From the NCBI GenBank assembly GCA_047967505.1, contig CM106538.1: a DNA stretch of 64,000 nt, one strand, 5' to 3'. Origin of the DNA: Dipteris shenzhenensis. Its lineage: Eukaryota. The translations under genes were made by a program, and so were the position numbers. The notes below the pieces were generated by a model. It was not told where the DNA came from. It saw only the letters and a list, made by a program, of their open reading frames with translations, and made no database searches. This document shows, one piece after another, positions 26,930 to 37,766 of this stretch. Every line of letters starts with the position of its first letter. The stretch's first letter is position 1.

Positions 26930-28400
26930 GCGTCAGGCACCCACCTCGAAGGCTGTCACAAACCCAATGTTGTTGACGGTAAACTCTCCAGAGGGGTTCT
27001 TCTCAAAAAGCATGTTCCTGGTGGCAACAATGCTATGGCTGTGATACTCCACGAAAGGGCAATGAAGCTTGAGAACATCATACATGTGACCGCCGCGAAC
27101 TTGGATTGCCACTTGCAAACCCTACTGGTCCACGACACAACCTTTCAAAGAAAAAACCCGCACAATAGTCTGAATGCTATCGCAGCTATAGCAGAAAGGA
27201 TGTGTCGAGTCTCGGCTAACATGCGGGCCTCCACATGTGGTGCACAGAAACTCAACAAGGGGGGTGTTCAGACTGATGAAGTGAAGAACACCAGAAACTT
27301 GCTGAGGGGCAATAGACACGATGTTAGCGATACTCTTGGAAGGTGGAACTGCGTGTTTGCAAGTGTTACATGTATCTTTTTGCCATAGCCAAGCTGAGAT
27401 ACTTGTCTGGTAAACGTTTCAAGTAGTGTGTTGCGGAGGTTGCCTTTTGGAATAGGTGCTAGGATCGTAAAGTCAAAAACACCTAGTGCATGGTGCATGC
27501 ACATGAAAGATATGTTCTTGGCGACATACATCACCACTCCTTCGTCAATAAATTCTTGCACCAAGCGTGCAAGTGTGTGCCTCCTTTTTGCAACGAACAT
27601 TAACTCGAAACATACAATGCGTTCTCAGTGCACATGGAACTTGAGACAATGTGTTTTGGATTACATTTGTTTGCTCTAAAATGACTCACTATGGCTTAGT
27701 CCTCGGCGTTCGGCCCATCAGAACAATGATCTGGTTAGACGGAGGGCCATTAAGGTCTACTTTCACGACAACAAAAGCAATGGTGTCCATCAAGGAGACA
27801 AATGACGCTTTGGTGTTCTCTATCTTGGTTTGCAGCCTATGGTGCATATAACCTTATTGCTTTTTTCGGCACAAAAGTGATGTCGTCGTCGAATGGCTCG
27901 CCTTTGAGAATTGTTGTTGTTGCATCGACTCGCAATGAGATGAAAGAAGTGCCTTCCTATCCCGCAACTCTTTTAGCAATGGCGGGCCCTTCGATTCTAA
28001 AGAAGCTATCAACTTGCAGCACATCCTTCAATTGCAACACAAACGCATGTGGGACATGGAGGGTGATTGTCTCGCAACATTGTGCATCTGTTAAGTCGAC
28101 ACGCATGAAGACTGGGTAAGACACATCCTTAGCTTTGAAAGTTCTGTACTTCGCAAGGACCTTGCCTTCAAAGGCAAACCGGTATGAGACAAAATCGGAC
28201 AAAGCATCTATTGGAAGAACATGCAAATTGTTTGGTTGCACCAAGCCTTAGTTTGCCAATGCTATAACCCCGCCTTGCTGGAACTTGCTTTTCACATCGT
28301 TGGTTGGGGCAAGTGGACCCTTTCCCTTGATATTGTTGATTTTAGGTGAAACGTTAGAGCTTGTACAATCGAGAGTTATGATTTTGTTAGCCACCTAGGC
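26930..28400 (-). pseudogene. RPA1/RPA70-like OB-fold ssDNA-binding protein of the Helitron-like element
   Basis: An OB-fold-like N-terminus (FAFEGKVLAK...MRVDLTD...VDSFFRIEG) and a C4 zinc finger, CTTC-x13-CYSC, followed by VFSLKGCVVDQ, as in RPA1 DBD-C. Same strand as RepHel and upstream of it. Confidence 0.6.
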
Positions 28401-28974
28401 TTGTTTAGGTGAGTTATTTACTTTGAATGCGCAAATCAAAAAGCAAAATATAAATTGCCGAGAGTCATGATATTGTTAGCTACTTAGGCTTGTTTACGTG
28501 AGTAATTTATATTGAATACGTAAACTGAAAAACAAAATATAGATTGCCTGGACTTGCATATCCCAAGGTGGGTTTTAAGAGACAATGTCAAATACTTCAC
28601 GGATAACATGAATTACTAAAAGCATTCTTGAACATATGATTTTCATTTGATTCTTGCAATGAAAAAGACAATGAAATCCTAGATGCCTGTAATCTCTGAC
28701 AAGCAGTCCTCCTCGGGAATTGGCAGTTCAAGCTCCAGCTCTATCCTACACCACATGTGCAAAATGCAACCCTTTTTGTGCAACTCATTTCGTACTGGCC
28801 AAGCGCAAACACATACATTATGGACAAAGCAAACAAAAAACAACAAAACTGTTACGAGAATTGGAATTATCCCATTAATTTAATCCTTCAGTATTTAGTT
28901 TAGTGAGATCCAACATTTTTTGTCGCGCAGCTCATGTGTGCTCCTACATGGCTGGATAGACGAATGCGTTGTAT

Positions 28975-29110
28975 GAGTGTGTAGCACTGTGTGCACCACT
29001 TATGCAATGATGGTATGTGTAGCATGTGTGCACCATCCGTACGATTTTATTCATGTGTAGCATCAGGTGCACCATGAGATGGTATGTGTCGCATGTGTGC
29101 ACCATTCATT
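28975..29110. repeat. Four imperfect ~40 bp repeats with core gtgtagcatgtgtgcacca
   Basis: Direct reading of the sequence. Confidence 0.7.
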
Positions 29111-30177
29111 TGTGATTTATTGATTTCGCATTGCTATAATACTGAAAGGTTGATTGATTGTGGTGATTAATTCCAAGGTTATCTTATGTTTGAAATATTT
29201 CATTACTATTGATTGTGTGAATCCAGGGGAAGAGTGATTGATCGGGAGATGGCATCTGGCAAGTATGATCCGTTATATTTTGGGCACGTAGGCGCAACTC
29301 CAGTGATGCGGGGATGAATAAGGCTAATGCCTAATTTTTGATATTACAAAAGCTTATGTACATATTTGAATTTTGGAATATTAGTGGCTTGGCTAAGTGA
29401 ATAAACTAAAGTTAGAAAAAGCCAGCTATTTTAGAAGGTGGATGGGCTTTTTGTAAAAGGGTGCATGGAGGAAAGAATTGAGGCTTTTGTATGATTTTTG
29501 CTCGAAAGCTTTTTGGAGGAATATACATAAATACATAGGAGGTGGAAGGAGAGCACCACTCCTATGGGGTGAGATTGTACCCAACACACTTATTCTGTCT
29601 CTTCCGTTTGTGAGTTTTGAGAGTCTATGCATATTTTTGAAGAGTGTTGCTGTGTTTTTTAAGGATTTGCAGGTTTCGCGAGCGTTTCGCGTCATAGTAA
29701 CCTTAGGGAAAACTAAACCATAGTTGGGCACCTTCAGCATATGCCTGTTTGGCTGCTGCATAGAAAACATTTTTTAAAGTCTTCTTGCTAGTCTTTTTAA
29801 TGTCAGAATGCTTGAGAAGAGTCCCATCTTTGATACCACCCTTTGTCGGCGTTAGCACTAGCAGAACGTCAACCACTGTTGTAGGGCCGGGTGTTGTGGT
29901 TTTTAGGAGATAGCCACTAGACACAGATACGAAACCTCAGTTGGCAAGTGCATGCACTTCGTCACTTACAATAACTGCAAGGTTCGATCATTTAGTTTAG
30001 CAAACATATTGATAATTGATTCGATCATGTGGACAAAAGAAAACAAAATTGCATCAGGTCAATAGAAGACAGAGAACACACTTTCGCAGCAAGCTTGTAC
30101 TGTTTGTTCCCACAACCAGTCCCAAGGTCTGAGGAAGTCATAGATAGTAGGAGCACGCATGGGCCTTCTGCCCATAT

Positions 30178-30573
30178 ACTAGAAGCTCCGAGGTGGCTCT
30201 GGTTGTGCAAGGTGTGAACACGGGTGGGGCTTCTATCCATACACTAGAGAGCTCCGAGATGACTCTGGTTGGCAAGAAAGGCAGATCACGATAGACTAGA
30301 GTGCTCCGAGGTGGCTCTAGCTGTGCGGAGACCACGAAATGGGTTGCAAGAAAGGCGGAGGATGATGATGCAAGAAAGAGCAGGTAGGAATAGGTAAAGA
30401 TAAAACCAATCCAACAGAGGTGGTGGAGTAGTTGTTGTAGCCCAACGGACCACTAAATGCCTTGCAAGAAAGGCGGATGAGGATCATGCAAGAAAGAGCA
30501 GATAGGAGTAGGTGAAGATAAAAGCAATCGAGCAGAGGTGGTGGAGTAGTTGTTGCAACCCAACGGAACTAAA
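30178..30573. repeat. Local duplications: 3x ctagag.gctccgag.tggctct and 2x ~115 bp unit
   Basis: 30346-30456 is similar to 30464-30573. Shorter repeats lie at ~30179, ~30244 and ~30295. Confidence 0.7.
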
Positions 30574-31653
30574 GGGAGAGAATGAGCTCCATGCAACACC
30601 ATCGTTGGTTTGGACGTGAGCCGCATCGACCTCAAGATGAACAAACATAACAGTGCTATCATAAACAATCATTGAGGAGAACTCAAAATATCACCATGAT
30701 AGTGAGAAGTGGCTTCTTTGTCACAACCTGGGCGAGGCTTGGCCATACTCATCATGTCTGAAAAGAAATTGAGATGAGAAGTCAAAAGTGGAAAAGATCA
30801 AACAGAAATAGCAAAATTTGAAGTCGAAAACACAGTCAAGCAGGTACCCTTCTTGAATTGGCCACTAATAGTGTCCATCGAATCACCAGAGGCTTGCTCC
30901 GCATCGTCAAAATCCCCCATCGAGATGACAAAACATATGAGAGCATATAATAGTCGAAACATGCACGAAGGTTGCCTCGATTCGCAGACTTGGTGAGCTC
31001 TTGTAGAGGAACATCGACTTACTATCTTGGCCACCATCAAGCACCAACGACTACAATAGAAAGACCAAGCACTAACCATACCGAAACAGGTTCTAGGAGA
31101 AGGCCAAACAACCATGTTCAATCTTTCGTGGGAAACAGATCGATAGCGAGGTGCTTTCATTCCGAAACGGGCCCTGAACAAAGCCAAACCAGTGTAATCG
31201 ATGCAGCATGAGTATAGGAGCGGTGCATGGTGACTGAAATGATCATCGTCAAGCTCTTACACTTTCCATGCACAAATGCGACTGAGCCAAACAAAATGGG
31301 TTTCAAGCGATCCATGCAAAGGTAAGGGCCGAGCCATAAGGGTTGGACACTCGTCGCATGACTATAACTCACCAACCTGGGACCGACATGTGGCACATTC
31401 CGACGGTGGGTTTGAAATGATCCATGCAGAGGTAACGCCCATGCATACGGGCTGGTGGACACGAGGCAAACGGCAAGCCAACACAAATAGGACGACAACA
31501 GATGGCACGATCTGGAGGTTGAGAGCACGGGTGCAATGAAAATCCACCAACACCCACGTGGATGAAACAGGTTCGGAGGAAATGAAGAAAACAAAATAAA
31601 ATGAAAGACAAACAAGATGAGGTTACCTCAATGGGCTTGTCTCATATGCGCAG

Positions 31654-31656
<3 letters not shown>

Positions 31657-31707
<51 letters not shown>
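31657..31707. repeat. (GA)n microsatellite
   Basis: About 25 GA units. Confidence 0.95.
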
Positions 31708-31711
<4 letters not shown>

Positions 31712-32157
31712 TGGATGTGCACGAAGGAGAAGAGAGAAGAGAGAGAGAGGGGGCAAGGGGCCTTGCCTTGAAATAGAAAGAGAGAAAGATGGAAAGTAGA
31801 AATTAGAGAAGGGCACAAAAAATGGATTAAAAAGGGAAAGGAGAAATTAGAGAAGGGCACAAAAAATGGATTCTAAATTATTTTCGTTTTGCCAAGCTCA
31901 CCAAAGGTTAGTTAGACTTAAGGTGGCAGCCCCAAACAAAAAAAGAAGGGTGGTGCAGATGAGGTGGCGGTGAGTACGAAATGAAGAGAACTGTTGTCTT
32001 TTGGCATGGCTCTGGCGATGAAAACCAAAGCAAACAACGCGCTCCATCTCCATCTCCATCTCCATCTCGTGCGACAGAAAGCTCTGGTTGCCTGGCTATG
32101 GCGACCTCTCCATAGCTCTCTCGCCTTCCCTTCCTCTCTCTCCCTTCCATCTCCTCC

Positions 32158-32376
32158 ATGGCTCCCCAGCTTCTCCTCCTCGCCAGCTTCTCCTCCTTCT
32201 TCTTCCTCCTTGCCTCCTCCTCCTTCTCTCCTTTCCCTCTTCCCATCATCTACAACACCTCCTCCGGCCCCGTCCCTCATAAGCTCAACGTCCACCTCGT
32301 CCCTCACACCCATGACGACGTCGGTTGGCTCAAAACCGTCGACCAGTACTACGTTGGCTCCAACAATTCCATCCAG
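32158..32376 (+). CDS. Alpha-mannosidase (GH38, lysosomal/vacuolar type), coding exon 1
   Basis: A hydrophobic signal peptide is followed by YNTS...[32 protein letters not shown], the GH38 Zn-binding motif. The exon ends CAG|GT, phase 0. Confidence 0.97.
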
Positions 32377-33283
32377 GTTTTTGCATCGCTCCCCCCCTTC
32401 CTATATTATACCTGTCGCAAAATGCCTGAATTTAGCAGGCTCCACAGTGCCTCTGCAGTACCAAACCATCATCCTCACGATAGTGACCAAACACCGTGAA
32501 GCACGATCGTATTTCGAGGTGCTAAGATGAATCTTGGAAAGGGAAGCAGAGATCGTTCCCTTTATCCAAGAGCAATGCTGAGGAGAGCTTTGTGCCATTG
32601 TAAGCGCCCAATTTTACGATAGTTAAAGTGCAGAACGAGCTTGAGTTCGTTGATCACGTACAGGCAGTCGTGCGTTCCTCTCAATCTGCCGCGGGCTTTA
32701 AGACTAGCTGGTGTGCGTTCCTGATGACTTTGAGCGACGATGGTATCGGTTTTCCATAGATGTCGATGTACCGTGCATTATACAGAGTTGTGCGTTCCCT
32801 CGTGAATTTGACAGATGGCAGCAACTTGAGCCGCACGTCCACCCGCGAGCGGCTAATTTTCAAAGTCCCCTCCCAGTCTTGCTTTTACGATCCTGAGTAA
32901 TGGAGTTTGTCGCATATCGGTAGTACCGTTTCTCAAAGAACTCCCATCTAGCTGACTAGCATTGAAGAATCTCTGACCCCTGTCTCTCTGCATTTGCTGA
33001 GGCTTGCCGTTGGAAGGTGCAACACTTCTATGTGACTGAAGACTCATTTTCCTCCTCACCCTTTCGCAGTTCCACTTGATGCTTAGTCAGATCGTTGCAG
33101 GCTTAATTTTACAATTTAGCTGCTTGTTAATGGGAGTTTGCTATCAAATTTCTACATTCCCTGAATCGCCTTTTTGAAATCGCAGGGATTCACAAAGAAG
33201 CACACGTTTTTTTTCAAAATGTACGTGTGATAGCTCAAATATGAGTTGAATGTAACTGGTTTTCACTTTTTTTCGTTAACCAG

Positions 33284-33367
33284 AATGCAGCTGTGAACTT
33301 GATATTGGACACTGTGATTGCTGCACTCCAGGATGATGTGAACCGGAAGTTTATATATGTCGAACAG
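33284..33367 (+). CDS. Alpha-mannosidase exon 2
   Basis: Pyrimidine tract and CAG acceptor. Encodes NAAVNLILDTVIAALQDDVNRKFIYVEQ in 84 nt, in frame, and ends CAG|GTA. Confidence 0.95.
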
Positions 33368-33859
33368 GTACTCTTCAGGGGCCTTTTTTATACTCTGCGC
33401 TCAAAGCGCGTTTGGAAAACTTGTCCCTTAAAAAAAGTGAAACTATGCTTGATTCCACAGGATGGTACTGCATTTGTTGCTCTTCACTTTCTTCGTTTAA
33501 CAAGATAGGCCTGCCCGGGATCTAAAATAGCGAAATTGAGGACGAATTGGATGTGTAGCGCAGAAAAGAGGGTGGAGATTATGAATTGAAATCAGAGAGA
33601 GAGAGAGAGAGAGGGGGGGGGGGGGGGAGACAGAGTAGAGAAAAAGATGGAGGATTTCCAAGAAATAAAAATAGTAAGTGGAACTTGGACGAATCGCAAA
33701 ATAAAGAAGTTAATTTCCCTTTCGCAGAAACGTTACTATACCCTTTCCCCTAGGGCAGGCCAAAAATGTGTTATTGGAAATTGTTTCCGCAATCTCCATG
33801 CCCTTTCGACTAAGGGCATACGCAAGGACTGAATGAAGGGTCGAAAAATAGAAATGAAC

Positions 33860-34405
33860 GCAAGGAGAAAAACCACCATGTCATCAAAGTTGGTCGTTGC
33901 AGGGTGAAGAACTTCAGGGGTGTTCACAAAACGAGAGACCCCTTCCATACTTTTCATGAGTACCGCCATTTTATCCTCATCATCTGATGGACATTTTAAA
34001 CTGGATAGTTGTTGCACAAGTGATTCCAACTTGGCTAAATGATCACGGAACTCATCATTATCCTCCATTTGCAATTTGTAAAATTGTAATTTCAAAAACA
34101 CTTTGGAGTTTGTAATTTTGTTACCGAAAAGGCTCTCCAGGCACTCCCAAATCTCTTTAGCAGTTGTCTTGAAGTCCACATGATGAACAAGTGAGTCGGT
34201 TAAGCATAGACCAAGCAATGGCCTTAGCATTTTGCTGCTTCCATATCTTGTGTTGTGGCTGATCAAGCGTGTCCGCACAGTCTTCCTCAACAACATCCAA
34301 GACTTCTTCGCACATAAGAAGAAGTTGCATCCTCGTTTGCCAGGTAGGAAATCCCTCCCCTTTGAGCTTTTCCACGAGCAATGAGGCGGAAGTAAGAGAG
34401 GTCAT
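33860..34405 (-). pseudogene. Ty1/copia-type gag (capsid/UBN2 region only), one frameshift
   Basis: MTSLTSASLLVEKLKGEGFPTWQTRMQLLL...TAKEIWECLESLFG...LKLQFYKLQME...DEDKMAVLMKSM. No zinc knuckle or pol follows. Confidence 0.85.
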
Positions 34406-37400
34406 TGTGGTGTGCAGCAAGCAGCAGCTCCAAGGTGGAAAGAATGTGATGTCAGGTGGAGATGAATAGCGGGCAGTTAGAGCATGAGCAGCTGGAGCGG
34501 CAAAAGGGCTGAAATCTGAGGCAGAATCAGCAGCATATTGGAGCACAAAAGGGCCAAAAGATCAGAGGCATAGGCAGCAAATTACGGGCAACCATTACGG
34601 GCTGATTGGAGCGTGAATAGCAGCTGGAAATAAAGGCGGCATCAGAGGCAGCAGCTGGTGGGAATTTTGAGGGTGGGAGCAGCAGCAATAGGCGGCTGGA
34701 GATGAGAAGAAGAGCCATGTAGTGAAAGAGGAAAGGGGCAGATTTGGAGATGGGGAGAGAATAGCAGGAGGAGGGGAGGAGAAGAGAGGAGAAGGAGAGC
34801 GGAAGAGAGAAGGATGAGGGGATAGAGAGATAGAGAGAGAGATGAGAGAGAGTCTGAGCGTAGGCAGCAGGTAGCAGGAAGGAGGAGGGAGAGTAGATAG
34901 GATTAGATGTCACATCAAAAAGTACCATACAAATTATTAGGGGCTGACTTATATAGTCCCCCTTCTTTCTCCTATCTTACCACCAATTTCCCTTCTTTTT
35001 CCCACCTATTTCCCACCTAATTCCCTGCTATTTCCCACCTTCATTACAGCCATCCCTCCCCAAGGAATTTTGCCCTCAAAATTTTATATGCGGGCTGTTA
35101 AATAGGTGCAGCAAACAGCAAATAATAATCAGCCCGGTAGGAGATAGGGGTTGTCTTGGACAATGCTCTCTGGTTGCCATGAGTTCTCATCCTGAGGAAG
35201 TCCTTGCCACTTGATTAAGATACTCGGTGTAGACTTTGTTTCGGAGTACGTGATCCCTGAAACCCATGATGCGCTCCGGAACATAGAGTATGTGGCCCTC
35301 TTCATCCATAGGTGGTAGCTCAGGAAGGACTTGGACATGCTGTCCGACATGTGGCTTCAGCAAGGACACATGGAAAACATTATGAATCCTGGAGGTCCTA
35401 GGTAGCTCCAACTCATACGCCACCTCGCCAACTTTGCGGATGATCGTGTAGGGACCGTAATACCTGTGAGCAAGCTTCGTGTCAGTGTTACCTTTCAGCG
35501 AGGCATAACGGTTCTTATGGAGGCGTAAGTGCACATAATCCCCTTCTTCAAAAGATAGATACATCCCGTGTTCATTCGCATACTTCTGCTTGGCTTGGGC
35601 ATCCTGCATATTCTTTTTAGCCAATTGCAGAACAGCATCCATACTCTCCAAGTCATTTCTTGCTTGCTGATTTTTCACAGCCATATTTGCAATTGAAGAT
35701 GGCATACCCACTGTGCATCCATACATAGCCTCGAATGGGCTCATGCCAATAGAGATGTGTTTGGTACTGTTGTAACAAAATTCAGCAAGTGCCAACCACT
35801 TATCCCAAGACTTCTGTGTCTCATGACAGAAATGCCTCAAATACTCCTCCAACCATTTGTTCACCCTTTTTGATTGTCCATCCGTCTCAGGGTGGTAAGC
35901 AGTGCTAGGTGTAAGAGAAGTACCCACTGCTGTAAATAACTCCTGCCAAAAGTGACCCATAAATTTTGCATCTATGTCATTGACAATCTCCCGAGGGAAG
36001 CCATGATGCTTAAAAACATGCTCGATGAATTGCCAAGCAACCTGTGATGCTGAATAACGGGTCTTAGTGGGTATGAAATGGGCCTGCTTTGTCATTCCGT
36101 CAACCACCACAAAAATGCTATCCCATCCCCGCTCTGTGGAAGGCAACCCTGTGATGAAATCCATAGCAATGTGAGTCCATTTGCCTTTTGGAATAGTTAA
36201 TGGCTGCAAGAGACCCGCGGGTAACCGGCTGTCCACTTTATTCATCTGGCAGGGCAAACATTCACTGACAAATTTAAAAACATCCCGCCACAAGCCATCC
36301 CAGATAAAACTCTGTTTGACCTTTTCATATGTCTTAGTAATACCCACATGGCCTGCCATAGGAGATGAGTGCATTTCGTGTAAGACCAGCAGTCGGTACT
36401 TTGAATCTGGCACCAAATAAATTATGTCCTTGCACCACCACAGCCCATTATGCAGCTTAAATTCAGCATGCCCTGGCTCGATGGCCTTTGTAACTCCACA
36501 AATATGGGAGCTGCCATAGAATCCTGCATGTATTCTTCTTGAATACCATGAATCCACTCCTGGCAAACTGCAAGCCCACATACGGGAAAAGGCATCTGCA
36601 ACCACGTTTTCTTTCCCTTTCCTGTACTCAATGTCGAAATCATAAGACTGAACCTTAGCAAGCCACCTCTTCTGCTTCATTAACAAGTTGGGCTACGTAA
36701 GGAAATACCTGAGTGTCTATGATCTGTCTTAACCTTGATTTTGCTACCGTAGAGGTAGTGGTGCCATTTTTCGAAAGCATGGAGGATAGCCAACATCTCC
36801 TAATCATACACATGATAATCCAGTTCCTTGGCATCCAATTTCCAGCTTGCAAAAGCAATTACCCCGTGTTCCTGCCTTAGCACAGCCCCTAATCCTTTGC
36901 CACTGGCATCTGCCTCCACAATGAAAGTATGTGAAAAATCAGGGCATACCAACACAGGAGAATGAGTGAGGGCGAATTTCAGGTCTTCAAAGCTGCGCTG
37001 TGCATCTGTAGACCACATAAAAGCATCCTTCTTCAAAAGGTTTGTTAGAGGGGCTACCCTCTTGGCAAACTTGCGAATAAAGCGTTTGTAGAAGGAAGCA
37101 AGACCTAGAAATACCCTCAACTGAGTAGGTTTGCGTGGCTGCAGCCAATCCTCAATGCACCTTTGCAGGATCCACTCGAATGCAATCCTTGCTCACAATG
37201 TGACCAAGATACTCAACCTCTTGTGCCATAAAAGTGCATTTTTTGGCTTTATCATAAAGCTGATGCAACCTCAAAATTTCCAGCACTTGCTTGACATGTC
37301 TGATGTGCTCCTGCTTATCCTTGCTGTAAATGAGGATGTCATAAAAAAATACCAGCACATATTTGAAAAGGAGAGGCTGCAAAATCTTGTTCATGAGTGC

Positions 37401-37766
37401 CTGGAAGGTAGCTGGTGCATTGGTCAATCTAAAAGGCATCACCTTGAACTCATACAGTCCCCTCTCTGTGCGAAAGGCTGTCTTGTGCTCATCCCCAGCT
37501 TTCATTCTAATCTGATGATAGCCGGACCTCAAATCAATCTTAGTGAAAAACTGAGCACCCTTGAGTTCATCCAACAGGTCATCTATCTTGGGGATTGGAA
37601 ACCTGTTCTTGATGGTGACCTTATTCAAGTCTCTGTAGTCAATGCACATATAGTAAGAACCGCCCTTCTTCACAAGGAGAATAGGTGATGCAAAAGGAGA
37701 AGTGCTATGAGTGATGAAACTCTTTTGAAGTCCGTCCCTCACTTGAGTTGCCACTTCCTCCCGTTC

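Noticed and set aside
31900-31920. TCTAACTA as the Helitron 5' terminus on the minus strand
   Set aside because: It is not preceded by the expected A target base, and no matching 3' hairpin/CTRR end was located.
31994-32530. 178-aa Ser/Pro-rich ORF and antisense Glu/Gly-rich ORFs
   Set aside because: Alternative frames over mannosidase exon 1 and its CT-rich UTR.
34908-35048. 141-bp LTR as the definitive 3' LTR of element A
   Set aside because: It ends in TG..CA but leaves almost no room for R-U5 after the TATA box, and there is no partner LTR to confirm it. Kept only as an alternative.
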